NCBI RefSeq assembly: GCF_963853765.1
Contig: NC_088860.1
Span: 9,796,001-9,860,000, forward strand
Length of the DNA: 64,000 nt
Reading direction: 5' to 3'
Origin: Magallana gigas
Lineage: Eukaryota
The position numbers and the translations under genes were made by a program. Numbering within the stretch: the first letter of the stretch is position 1; each line of letters opens with the position of its first letter. Below are positions 39,816 to 53,700 of the stretch, one piece after another. Below the pieces are notes generated by a model, which was not told the origin of the DNA, made no database searches, and saw only the letters and a program-made list of their open reading frames with translations.

Positions 39816-41411
39816 ATGAGTAAAGCCCATCCACCAGAGTTGAAAAAGTAATTAGTATTTTTGAATATTCAGCTGTCATAGATTTTATTATATTTAAGTT
39901 ATTCTGAAGTATAATGCATTTATTCACGTACGTAAGGTGGACGCTTGAAGCGTTTTTGGGAAACAATATCAATAGCTATCCCCCTTTGGATACCTGTCTT
40001 TATCTTGTTATATAACCATGTCATATATCGAAACTAGCCTGTCATATCGTTAATTCTAAATTATTATTTGAGAGACAAAACAGCTTAGAAACAGTGTCAA
40101 ATGTCTATTTTCACAAGAAATGTTGAATTCTTTACAGGCTCTATGTTTAGAACAGAGACATAGGTAACATAACAATATTTATGTCTCTGTTTAGAAGTAG
40201 GAATTAATTTGAGTGAATAAATACACTTGATCAACTTAATAAAAGAACGTTATATACTTTTAAAAACGCTTCCAGCTAATTATTGGCACATTGTTTTATT
40301 TAGTAGACAATGCTGAAATATATCCTTTTCTTTGCTATGGTTTTATCCAATTAGAAAATTGTTATTACACTAATCATTATTTCAAGAATATTTGAAGTTT
40401 AAGGATGAATCCCTAAACACTTGTCACTGGTCCCCATTAATTCAGTGATTTTAAAAAAAAAAATCTACCATGATTTTGATATTTTTCAATTGAGGGTGAA
40501 AAAAGCGTTACATCTTGTTTAGTGTAAATAACTTTGATTGCTTTATTTGAGGAATAAGAAATCACTTTTTAAGTATTATGAGGTGATATCGATAATTTCA
40601 GTCAAGTTGCATATAATGTTTAAAGATTGTATAACTTTTGTGTGAAATATTTAGAATATATAATATGGACTAGTATATTATACTACATTGTTTCAATAGT
40701 AATTTTTTTTCTTTACAGGTACATGGAAAAGAAAATAAACTGTAAGTGTGCATCAACATGTTGTCAATTAACAAATATAATTGCCTGAGAACCTATATAT
40801 ATAATATTCACCCTTTGATCATACTATTTATGATATAAGAAAAATCTTGTACCCTATAATTGTCAATAAATGATGTTAATTTTAGTACTGGTATATATTG
40901 TAAATCATTTTTTCAAATCAAAATGTGTCATTTCTCATGTACACGTTGATTTCTCTGACATTAATATCTTTTATTTAGTGAAACTAAATGGAGGCAGACA
41001 AATCCAAGGAATTCTACGAGGTTTTGACCCCTTCATGAACTTGGTTGTTGATGAATGTATAGAAGAAACAAAACTTGGAGAGAGAAATCAAATAGGAATG
41101 GTGGTAGGTTTTTAACACTCATGGGAAACACAGGCATTGGCATTAAATATTTCTTTTTTATAAATTTTTGGGCTAGATTTTTATTATGTATTTAAAAACA
41201 ACAAGCTATCAATGCATGTTACCGGTAAATACATTCAAGCAGTTGGAAAACAAAACCAAAGACTGATGTTGTGTCAATTAACTATGAACTTTCACATTCA
41301 GGTTATACATTTTCATCCATTTGAACTAGCTATCACATTCTACCTTTTCTTATATAGGTGGTCCGTGGTAACAGCATCATACTACTGGAAGCTCTAGATC
41401 GGATTGGGTGA
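39816..41411 (+). CDS. SNRPG: Small nuclear ribonucleoprotein G (SmG), 77 aa; exons 39816-39847, 40719-40741, 40979-41103, 41358-41411
   Basis: Spliced product is [77 protein letters not shown] with Sm1/Sm2 motifs. All introns GT-AG. Confidence 0.97.
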
Positions 41412-41699
41412 AGCGTAAAAGTCAGTGGAGTAAATGGGCAGCAATGAAGAATGGACTTCAATTTTATTGATGAGGATGTTTGAGAGAGAATTTGTGTGTG
41501 ATATTGTGTTCATGTTTGCAGGACGCAGTCTGATGGAGAAATAATTATGTTGTTATATACATGTAGACTGAAACCATTTAACTCATTTTGATTATATGTC
41601 ACTTTTTCTTTTTCATATTAAAAAAATGATGAATAATAGAGCTTCTTTTTCATACACCTGCCTGGTATTGATGTATATTATTATGATCTTTCTGTCTCA

Positions 41700-42340
41700 T
41701 GCCCAGAAGACAATATGAAGAATGTCAGTATGCAGTACAAAGAATATTGCAAGAAGAACTCTTTAATTTAAAGGTCAATGACCAAGGTCAAAACGAATTT
41801 GTCAAAAACGTTTGATGACCCTACATGCATTTCCTTCCCTTCTTTCTTTCTCCTTTCAGGATAGACTTCAAGTGTTCATAAAATGAATTGCTTCTTCAAA
41901 AACCTTAAATACTACTGGACAGTTACATGTACATGTACGTTGATGAAGGAGGTCTCTTGGCAGATTTCGGAAGTTCTTGACCCTAGGGTCAGAGGTCATG
42001 TCGGGATGGTGAGGGGGCTTGACTGGTCATATTGCCAATTTGCAGTTATCTTGTTTAATGCCCTCTTTGGTACTGGGATTCTTGCAAAGGTTAGGATGAG
42101 CATTGAGGGTTTAAAGAAGCTATTTATATATTGTAATATACATTTAAATGTTTAAATTTTTTTTTAAATTGCATAATAATTTGATCATTTGAGTCCATTC
42201 CTAACACTAGTACCCCTTACCATGGATATATAAATTGCACAATGTTGAAAGTGGCTCATCATAACCATGTATGTGTACTTAAATTACAAGGAGAGAGAAA
42301 AACAATTATAATGAAATTGGCAAGAAACAGATGACGTCCC
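41700..42340. mobile_element. Possible degenerate interspersed repeat fragments (AGGTCA/TGACC-rich)
   Basis: Repeated GGTCAAxGTCA/TGACCC motifs resembling abundant bivalve non-autonomous repeats. No termini identified. Confidence 0.3.
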
Positions 42341-42806
42341 ATTTTATTCATCTATTTTATCACTATCTTAATCTTTTATACAATTCTTTTTATTCATCTT
42401 AAACTAGACAGAGTACCCCTCTTGTTCTATAAATAACTTTAAGCGTGTACAGAGGTACACGAATTGCTAATTTAACAGCACAAAGTTCGACCTCTCGTGT
42501 CGAATTCTTCATGCATAAAGTATTTTGACACAATAGTCTATATTGTAACAATTATACTGTCGTACGGTCACCTTGAGAATGATTTCAAATTGTATGTTCG
42601 TGTAGGTATATCTCTGGATCCTGCATATTAAAAGGTACATAGTAAGTAATAGCTTTTATTATGAAACATTCATGGCACTCTGTCTCCTAATGTTTGTGAC
42701 TATTTCTGATCAGTTTCATCTCTTCTAACTCCCTAGGTATACTATGTCTATGCTTATTCATTTACAAAATTAATAGCACAAAAAATCCCCAACAATACAA
42801 ATAAGA

Positions 42807-42945
42807 AATATCTCGTTATAAGGGGTTAGTATCTCGTTAAAACGAGATACCAACTCGTTATTACGAGATACTATAGTAATCATATCGTTATTACGAATTA
42901 GATATTTTTAAACATTTTTAAAAATAAGCCTATTAGGCTTTCGTA
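42807..42945. mobile_element. Truncated remnant of a palindrome-array element (TCTCGTTAWAACGAGA units, end ...ATTAGGCTTTCGTA)
   Basis: Four to five TCGTTA/ACGAGA units, then a terminus resembling the ...CTTCCGTA ends at 27595 and 57663. Confidence 0.6.
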
Positions 42946-43235
42946 GTTACAATCGTGCACGTTGGTTGAATTTCTTAACGCAAAAATATCGTTTAGGTAC
43001 TGATGGAAAAATTTCCTCTTAATATGTTTCAACGTAACCAAATACTCATGGACGATCCATGCTTTTTTGACAGGACTGTTCCTTTATACATGTATATTCA
43101 TGGTCGAAATCTTCTTTGTTCAGTGTGAGTTTTGTGGTTATATGCAATTGATTTTTCACTTGAACTGTAATCATGAACACATGAGATACAGTCATATGAA
43201 CTGTTCATTAACGCATCGATAAAATTCTTTGTTCA

Positions 43236-44795
43236 TTATGAATGATCACCTGGTAAAAGGTACAAAAATGTCATTTGAAAGAAAACCACAAGAACGTTGA
43301 TTTCTAGTACCACGTGAGCGGCTGCGCTGGACCCATCCTGTACACCAGTCATATTTCCCGTGAATGTTTTCGGTGTAGATGTCTTGGGAGAAAGGCATCC
43401 CTCTCGAGGACACGGTGGACAGTCACGGGGACGGTTTGGGTTTTCTGGGGCACACTCTGGGCGTGGCCTGCCTCCACCTCCTCCCCCGGACCCCGTTCCG
43501 GAGTTTACACAATGACAGAGGTAATAACTGTATCCATAGTTCTCCAGATTCCAATCTGTAAACGAACGTGAAGGAAATTTAAAATCAAATTGTAATAAAC
43601 TGGTTAGAACTGAGTCATGTAGATATTAACCTTGTCATTATCCATAGTGATATGAATCACAATCGGTTTGCTTAAGAAACAAAGGAGAAAATACTCATGA
43701 TCAGAGGATGTAAAAAATTTTAATACTAAAGAATGCTTTCTGCTGGAGAGCTGAGTTTTGCAAAAGAATGCATTGATGCGTATTTGAACTTACGTGTATT
43801 GTTCGAGGAACAGTTATACTGTGTCATTGTGTTTGGATTCACCACGCGTCCTTTGAAACATCCTAGATAATACGGAAATTTATCCGTCACATAATACCTG
43901 TAGCTCCCATTGACAACCTTCCCGTGACATTTTTCCAGCTCTGATTCCGTCACATTCTGCGACTCGCTCACCCTTGGTCCATAAATAGGAAACCCATCTA
44001 AAGCCACACCAATGAACTCTTCAACATCTCCCTTGTACATACAGCTCTCGGGAATCTTGTGATAGTGATAAGCCCCATCTGGACTCGCATGTCCATCACA
44101 TTTATCAAACACTTCGGGAGACGCCCCCTCTACGGCGTTAGACAAATCTCCCGCCAGAGGATTGTAGATGGCGACACCTGTTCTTGTGATCCCAATCATC
44201 CCTAATCCCACACAGCCCGGAACGGGCACTATTTCGGGAGTTTTGGGAATGGACAGGTTATAGTTCTTGGCTGTAGCGGTATTGGGGTTCACTTTCTCCG
44301 TTTCGTGATCAGGTAGACCACTGGCGGATATGTACAATCTAGGAATTAAACGGTAATTAATACACTGTATCATTATGCATTACATTTATCAAGTCTTTAT
44401 CAATATATTATTTGGAAACACCGTATTGCCCATTGTTAAGGATCTGGGTGATCAACAAATTATATAACTAATCGTAAGATCTGACTTAAACTGTGCTATA
44501 TAATAATTTTGGCCAATAAACTAACAAGAAAAAATCTTTAAATTTAGACATTTAACTTTCCTTTATCTTTAAACAGGGTACTTCTTCATAAGGATCGAGG
44601 TAATTATAGCCTTCAAAAGAAATCATGAAACCCTTACACAGCACTGTCACTCTCGTACACGGCGACCGAGGCACCATACTTCCCTGTGGCCTTGAACTGC
44701 ACGATCTCTTCCCTCGTTAGTCCAGCTGAGGAGAGGACCATAAGACTTGGACCTAAAGCCATTAGGACAAATATCCAAATGGTTGCGCTCCTCAT
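43236..44795 (-). CDS. YHYH-domain secreted, probably GPI-anchored protein, copy 1 (340 aa); exons 44795-44638, 44338-43794, 43555-43236
   Basis: GT-AG introns, phases 2 and 1, 1023 nt open. N-terminal MRSATIWIFVLMALGPSLMVLSSA signal; DKCDGHASPDGAYHYH and IGVALDGFPIYGP motifs of the YHYH family; Gly run, CAPENPNRPRDCPPCPREGC, Thr-rich stalk and a hydrophobic C-terminus. Confidence 0.88.
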
Positions 44796-47700
44796 ATCTT
44801 ATATTTCCCTACAAAAAGCGAACACAACTCAACTGTAGTACGAAATACAGAAAACATCTTTAACTTGATCTTCCACGTGTACAGTCGACTAAATATACAT
44901 TGTGTAAAGCAATTTACTTGGTGTACAATTTTATGGTATCTCTACAGATATGGCAAAATGAAAGACTTATTTTATTTTAATCTTCTCGGTGATTCTTTTT
45001 CATTAATTTCTTATATATGACATAGAAAGTAAATGAAACATCAGGTATTAACAAGCAGGCTGACGGACATAAATAGTTTGAAATATTACTGTATTTGCGC
45101 TTTACAAAACCTTCCGTTACTATAGTCGTTTTTTTTTTCAAATAGATTTTGTTGATTAAATAATATAACATTTAAATCTAAGAAAGTACATATTAGAATA
45201 GCTATAACGTTTATGAAAATGTTAAATTTAGAGAATTACACTGGTATTCAAATTGTTTTGCTTCTTACAAAATCACCGCCAAAAAACTGAAACAACCCTA
45301 ACGTGCTCTATTTTTACACCATGACGTTATATTGTCAGCTCCAAACAAACAAACAAACAAAACGATCGGTTAATATTTTGATGTATACAACATACTCATT
45401 AAATAAAGTAAGTCCAAATATGCCTTTCACAGATTACAATGTAGTTCCAGTGACTCCAAGAATATATAGTCCCCAGACTATCGAGACAGAGGTTATGCAA
45501 CCAGTCACAACAGATGCACGACTCTAGGACGTGCCCTGGGACCGTAGGAGGGATGTCCGTCTTTATTTTAACAAATATCCGCCACCATGTGCACAAAATG
45601 TTTCAGGAAATTCGAGATTCTATCAGTTATTACGTATATATATATTATGTCAGGTTGGTTTTCAGTTGTCAACTTATTTTGATACAAAGAAACTCAATAC
45701 TAGTATAGTATTAAGGAATGTTTTTATCCAGATTGAAAAGTACTTCCCAAAAAATTCTTTAATGTGCATGGATTGTAACAGCGGCAGGTTTTTATTTTCT
45801 CGCTACCTAGATCTACATGATTGTATTTGATACTCCAAGCCTTAAAGATTTTCAAAAACGTCACGACACAGATATGATCCGTATTTAAATGTATACGAGG
45901 GGATTTTGCCATTCATCAAAAACGTACCTAAAGATACGTGATGTAAAAATAAAATCATATACAAACTAAATACACAGAACAAGAAAAACGTCCTTAGTTA
46001 ATATATACTCACTGAAATAAATTGTAGCCATAAGTTGAGTTATTTACAAGAAATTGTCCATATGTTTAAAATCTTGTTTCAATTCAAAGAAAATTGACTT
46101 ACCAAGAGAAAATACGTATTGGGACTGACTTCTGATCGGTCAAAACATTAATTTCATTACGTATACCCGTCGAAATGTTAAATTTGGAATTAACTTGTGC
46201 AAGGTTATACATCGGTATGCATAACTATCATTTTTTTTTACTAGCATGTTTATTCCTGTGTTGACCTATCGCTAACCAGTGATTGAGAAAACATGCGAGG
46301 TCCGATTTGATTGCGTTATATACTATAGTGCTTTGAAAAAAGAAGGGCACACACGATTTCAATAAACAAAAACCAATATATCTCATCACAAACCAATTTT
46401 TTTAAGATATCTCTTAAAATCAAGATATTAGTACACTAACCTTCTTGGTGGAATCTCTGAATTCATTGTTTATAATAATATATAAGATCGACAAACTGCT
46501 AAACTTAGAACTAGAAAAGAACACCTTAATTCGACGAACAATGGGGTGAGGGGAAGGGTGCAGCACAATATATTAAGATACTGGTGAAGCATCATAAGAT
46601 ATGGGCAAAAAACAAAGCAGTAAAGACAAGATAGTGCCTAGATCATGGATAATGGTCGACCCATGATGATATGCCTAAAGGAATGAAAATAACACTCACC
46701 GAAAAGAATAAGAATACAGTAATAGGAGGAGATGAAAAAGACTCCAAGCCATGTATAATAGAGTATAGTAAATATACATACACAGAAACAATAGCAAAAT
46801 AGGAAGTAAGCAGTGGAACACTAATTAACCGTACAACAAATGTAACGGTTGACAGGCATAGCTCATCACCGAGTCTACCCTTTAAGATTAATAATAAATA
46901 TATACAACGATTTGGGCAGTAAAACCTAAGGTCAAATAACAAGCGAACAGTTAGAGCACACCCCAGATGTTTGCCAGTGCAAAAATGGATGGAATGTCAT
47001 AAAAAACAAACAAACAAACCAACAAAACAAAAAAAATAAAGAAAAAAACAACCAAAAAAAAACTCCAACAAAAACACCAAGAAACATAACGTATGTAAAG
47101 AGCTGTGTATTTATTTTCTTTGATACATATTCTTTATAATATCAAAATAATAGTGCCTTTTTTTCCTAAACATATTCATAAAAAAACCCAGCTTCCAACC
47201 AGTTTTAAGGTTTTAGAGAACTCAACAACACATGGAAACAATATATACCTTCTTTCCTTTGTAAAATTATTTGTAAATCAATTAATTGGGTGTGAAATAT
47301 AATCTGTTTTACGGTATCTTTTCCTAATTAGCTATAGAGTTTAGAAGTTACATATAAGTCCTGTTAGTTATTGTCAAGAGGAATTAAAATAATTTACGAG
47401 CCAACATTGAAAACTTTGTCATGAATTGTATAGTAATTTAGGCTTCCTTAGTTACCTCACGTTATGTTCAAATAAACCAATCTAGAGGTATCGTAATGTC
47501 CCTGTTCCGAAGAATCTTAATAAAATGTTAGTTACATGTACATTGATGTTGTCAGGAATTTTTTTTTTTTATCAAATTAAGGATTTCAAGCCCATATTTT
47601 AAACTAAAATTCCTTTGATTTGAATTTGAAATTGAAGGGTTAAATTTTATTTTCACGATTAATATTGTCCTATCTTGTTTGATTATCTAAGGAAGTCTTT

Positions 47701-50700
47701 TACAGTTTTGATATGATGTACACTTTCATACGCGTACAATTCTATTGCTGTGTTGTAACATCTTATGATTCTGTATCCACTAATAATGTAAAGAATCCTG
47801 ACCATTCATGATGTGGTTTTGCCATTAACGAACTACCTAGCCGTTCATTAACTATTCATAATGTGAATATGAAGAGAAATGAGGAACAACATACAATTTG
47901 TATCAAGCTACACGTTTACACACGGTTACATCTGCTGTCCCACTGATCCATTCTAAATGTCACAAGACCAAAGTCAATAAAATGTATGAATAAAAAATGA
48001 CCATTGGTTCATAGACCTTATATGATTTTTGCAAAAATAAATCATGACATTATGCTTTTGTGTTCATTTCATGAACATTTAAAAACACAAAGAAAAAAAC
48101 ATGCATGTTGGTTGATTTATTACGCTTATTTTCCGTTTAGGTACTGATTGAAAATACATGTAAAATAAACTCATGCTATAAAGAAAAGATACATTAATGA
48201 ACAAACCGAGCATTTTGATAGGACTGTTCCGTTACATATTCAGCTTGATCGAATTTCTGTTTTTTACTTCTAAATGATTTGAGATAACATCCTATTGATT
48301 TTGCACTTGAACAGTTATCACAATCATACAGTCACGTATATATTAAGTATACAACATGTTATATCAACTGTTCCTGAACACACCGACAAAACTCTTAATT
48401 CATTTTGGACTGATTAATCATCTGGTAAAAAGTACCAAAAATGCCACTTGAAAGAAGAACACGATGACTCCGATCTCTTGTACCACGTGACCGGCTGCGT
48501 TGGACCCATCCTCAACGCCAGTGATATTCCTCAATGGTGTTGTTGGTGTGGGCGTCGTGGAAGGGGGACATCCCTCTCGAGGGCACGGTGGACAGTCTCG
48601 GGGACGGTTTGGATTTTCTGGGGCACATTCTGGGCGTGGTCCACCCCCGCCTCCCCCTCCCCCGGGCCCCATTCCGGAGTTTTCACAATGACAGAGGTAA
48701 TAACTGTATCCATAATTCTCCAGATTCCAATCTGTAAACGATTTTGAAGTGAACCGTCATCAAATGTTTTGAAACTTTAATAATAAGTGCAGACTTAGTA
48801 ATAACTTAAAGGTTCTTTTATTTTAGATTACAAAGAAACACACGTGCATGTACATGTTGTAAAAACAAGTTAATGCAGTTTACAATAATGTGTCAATACA
48901 CTGTCAGATTTTTTTCATTATTTTTACAAAAAGTTTTTTTTCAGACCAATTTAATTAAAACCAATGTATTCAATAGATTGAAAACTGATTACTGCTGGAA
49001 AACTTCGCTTTGCTAATCAAATGAACTTACGTGTATTGTTCGAGGAACAGTTATACTGTGTCATTGTGTTTGGATTCACCACGCGTCCTTTGAAACATCC
49101 TAGATAATACGGAAATTTACCCGTCACATAATACCTATAGCTCCCATTGACAACCTTCCCGTGACATTTGTCCAGCTCTGATTCCGTCACATTCTGCGAC
49201 TCGCTTACCCTCGGTCCATAAATAGGAAACCCATCTAAAGCCACGACAATGAACTCTTCAACTTCTCCCTTGTACATACAGCTCTCGGGAATCTTGTGAT
49301 AGTGATAAGCTCCACCTGGACTCGCATGTCCATCACATTTATCAAATACTTCGGGAGACGCCCCCTCTACGGCGTTAGACAAATCTCCCGCCAGAGGATT
49401 GTAGATGGCAACACCGGTTCTTGTGATCCCAATCATCCCTAATCCTACACAGCCAGGGACGGACACTATTTCGGGAACTTTTGGAATAGACACATTATAG
49501 TTTTGGGCTGTAGCGGTATTGGGGTTCACTTTCTCCGTTTCGTGATCAGGTAGACCACTGGCGGATATGTACAATCTAGGAATTAAACGGTAATTAATAC
49601 ACTGTATCATTATGCATTACATTTATCAAGTCTTTATCAATATATTATTTGGAAACACCGTATTGCCCATTGTTAAGGATCTGGGTGATCAACAAATTAT
49701 ATAACTAATCGTAAGATCTGACTTAAACTGTGCTATATAATAATTTTGGCCAATAAACTAACAAGAAAAAATCTTTAAATTTAGACATTTAACTTTCCTT
49801 TATCTTTAAACAGGGTACTTCTTCATAAGGATCGAGGTAATTATAGCCTTCAAAAGAAATCATGAAACCCTTACACAGCACTGTCACTCTCGTACACGGC
49901 GACCGAGGCACCATACTTCCCTGTGGCCTTGAACTGCACGATCTCTTCCCTCGTTAGTCCAGCTGAGGAGAGGACCATAAGACTTGGACCTAAAGCCATT
50001 AGGACAAATATCCAAATGGTTGCGCTCCTCATATCTTATATTTCCCTACAAAAAGCGAACACAACTCAACTGTAGTACGAAATACAGAAAACATCTTTAA
50101 CTTGATCTTCCACGTGTACAGTCGACTAAATATACATTGTGTAAAGCAATTTACTTGGTGTACAATTTTATGGTATCTCTACAGATATGGCAAAATGAAA
50201 GACTTATTTTATTTTAATCTTCTCGGTGATTCTTTTTCATTAATTTCTTATATATGACATAGAAAGTAAATGAAACATCAGGTATTAACAAGCAGGCTGA
50301 CGGACATAAATAGTTTGAAATATTACTGTATTTGCGCTTTACAAAACCTTCCGTTACTATAGTCGTTTTTTTTTTCAAATAGATTTTGTTGATTAAATAA
50401 TATAACATTTAAATCTAAGAAAGTACATATTAGAATAGCTATAACGTTTATGAAAATGTTAAATTTAGAGAATTACACTGGTATTCAAATTGTTTTGCTT
50501 CTTACAAAATCACCGCCAAAAAACTGAAACAACCCTAACGTGCTCTATTTTTACACCATGACGTTATATTGTCAGCTCCAAACAAACAAACAAACAAAAC
50601 GATCGGTTAATATTTTGATGTATACAACATACTCATTAAATAAAGTAAGTCCAAATATGCCTTTCACAGATTACAATGTAGTTCCAGTGACTCCAAGAAT

Positions 50701-53700
50701 ATATAGTCCCCAGACTATCGAGACAGAGGTTATGCAACCAGTCACAACAGATGCACGACTCTAGGACGTGCCCTGGGACCGTAGGAGGGATGTCCGTCTT
50801 TATTTTAACAAATATCCGCCACCATGTGCACAAAATGTTTCAGGAAATTCGAGATTCTATCAGTTATTACGTATATATATATTATGTCAGGTTGGTTTTC
50901 AGTTGTCAACTTATTTTGATACAAAGAAACTCAATACTAGTATAGTATTAAGGAATGTTTTTATCCAGATTGAAAAGTACTTCCCAAAAAATTCTTTAAT
51001 GTGCATGGATTGTAACAGCGGCAGGTTTTTATTTTCTCGCTACCTAGATCTACATGATTGTATTTGATACTCCAAGCCTTAAAGATTTTCAAAAACGTCA
51101 CGACACAGATATGATCCGTATTTAAATGTATACGAGGGGATTTTGCCATTCATCAAAAACGTACCTAAAGATACGTGATGTAAAAATAAAATCATATACA
51201 AACTAAATACACAGAACAAGAAAAACGTCCTTAGTTAATATATACTCACTGAAATAAATTGTAGCCATAAGTTGAGTTATTTACAAGAAATTGTCCATAT
51301 GTTTAAAATCTTGTTTCAATTCAAAGAAAATTGACTTACCAAGAGAAAATACGTATTGGGACTGACTTCTGATCGGTCAAAACATTAATTTCATTACGTA
51401 TACCCGTCGAAATGTTAAATTTGGAATTAACTTGTGCAAGGTTATACATCGGTATGCATAACTATCATTTTTTTTTACTAGCATGTTTATTCCTGTGTTG
51501 ACCTATCGCTAACCAGTGATTGAGAAAACATGCGAGGTCCGATTTGATTGCGTTATATACTATAGTGCTTTGAAAAAAGAAGGGCACACACGATTTCAAT
51601 AAACAAAAACCAATATATCTCATCACAAACCAATTTTTTTAAGATATCTCTTAAAATCAAGATATTAGTACACTAACCTTCTTGGTGGAATCTCTGAATT
51701 CATTGTTTATAATAATATATAAGATCGACAAACTGCTAAACTTAGAACTAGAAAAGAACACCTTAATTCGACGAACAATGGGGTGAGGGGAAGGGTGCAG
51801 CACAATATATTAAGATACTGGTGAAGCATCATAAGATATGGGCAAAAAACAAAGCAGTAAAGACAAGATAGTGCCTAGATCATGGATAATGGTCGACCCA
51901 TGATGATATGCCTAAAGGAATGAAAATAACACTCACCGAAAAGAATAAGAATACAGTAATAGGAGGAGATGAAAAAGACTCCAAGCCATGTATAATAGAG
52001 TATAGTAAATATACATACACAGAAACAATAGCAAAATAGGAAGTAAGCAGTGGAACACTAATTAACCGTACAACAAATGTAACGGTTGACAGGCATAGCT
52101 CATCACCGAGTCTACCCTTTAAGATTAATAATAAATATATACAACGATTTGGGCAGTAAAACCTAAGGTCAAATAACAAGCGAACAGTTAGAGCACACCC
52201 CAGATGTTTGCCAGTGCAAAAATGGATGGAATGTCATAAAAAACAAACAAACAAACCAACAAAACAAAAAAAATAAAGAAAAAAACAACCAAAAAAAAAC
52301 TCCAACAAAAACACCAAGAAACATAACGTATGTAAAGAGCTGTGTATTTATTTTCTTTGATACATATTCTTTATAATATCAAAATAATAGTGCCTTTTTT
52401 TCCTAAACATATTCATAAAAAAACCCAGCTTCCAACCAGTTTTAAGGTTTTAGAGAACTCAACAACACATGGAAACAATATATACCTTCTTTCCTTTGTA
52501 AAATTATTTGTAAATCAATTAATTGGGTGTGAAATATAATCTGTTTTACGGTATCTTTTCCTAATTAGCTATAGAGTTTAGAAGTTACATATAAGTCCTG
52601 TTAGTTATTGTCAAGAGGAATTAAAATAATTTACGAGCCAACATTGAAAACTTTGTCATGAATTGTATAGTAATTTAGGCTTCCTTAGTTACCTCACGTT
52701 ATGTTCAAATAAACCAATCTAGAGGTATCGTAATGTCCCTGTTCCGAAGAATCTTAATAAAATGTTAGTTACATGTACATTGATGTTGTCAGGAATTTTT
52801 TTTTTTTATCAAATTAAGGATTTCAAGCCCATATTTTAAACTAAAATTCCTTTGATTTGAATTTGAAATTGAAGGGTTAAATTTTATTTTCACGATTAAT
52901 ATTGTCCTATCTTGTTTGATTATCTAAGGAAGTCTTTTACAGTTTTGATATGATGTACACTTTCATACGCGTACAATTCTATTGCTGTGTTGTAACATCT
53001 TATGATTCTGTATCCACTAATAATGTAAAGAATCCTGACCATTCATGATGTGGTTTTGCCATTAACGAACTACCTAGCCGTTCATTAACTATTCATAATG
53101 TGAATATGAAGAGAAATGAGGAACAACATACAATTTGTATCAAGCTACACGTTTACACACGGTTACATCTGCTGTCCCACTGATCCATTCTAAATGTCAC
53201 AAGACCAAAGTCAATAAAATGTATGAATAAAAAATGACCATTGGTTCATAGACCTTATATGATTTTTGCAAAAATAAATCATGACATTATGCTTTTGTGT
53301 TCATTTCATGAACATTTAAAAACACAAAGAAAAAAACATGCATGTTGGTTGATTTATTACGCTTATTTTCCGTTTAGGTACTGATTGAAAATACATGTAA
53401 AATAAACTCATGCTATAAAGAAAAGATACATTAATGAACAAACCGAGCATTTTGATAGGACTGTTCCGTTACATATTCAGCTTGATCGAATTTCTGTTTT
53501 TTACTTCTAAATGATTTGAGATAACATCCTATTGATTTTGCACTTGAACAGTTATCACAATCATACAGTCACGTATATATTAAGTATACAACATGTTATA
53601 TCAACTGTTCCTGAACACACCGACAAAACTCTTAATTCATTTTGGACTGATTAATCATCTGGTAAAAAGTACCAAAAATGCCACTTGAAAGAAGAACACG

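Noticed and set aside
39848-41357. Intronic snoRNA in SNRPG introns
   Set aside because: No convincing C/D box pair with terminal stem or H/ACA structure seen by eye; would need cmscan or snoscan.
43726-44373. Treating the 215-aa, 197-aa and 158-aa ORFs as complete intronless (bacterial-contaminant) YHYH genes
   Set aside because: Canonical GT-AG boundaries link them in frame to signal-peptide and anchor exons in all three copies, so they are exons of eukaryotic genes.
45303-47302. Repeated 60-99-aa ORFs in the duplicated intergenic region (also 50540-52539)
   Set aside because: They recur only because of the 5237-bp duplication; no coding signal.
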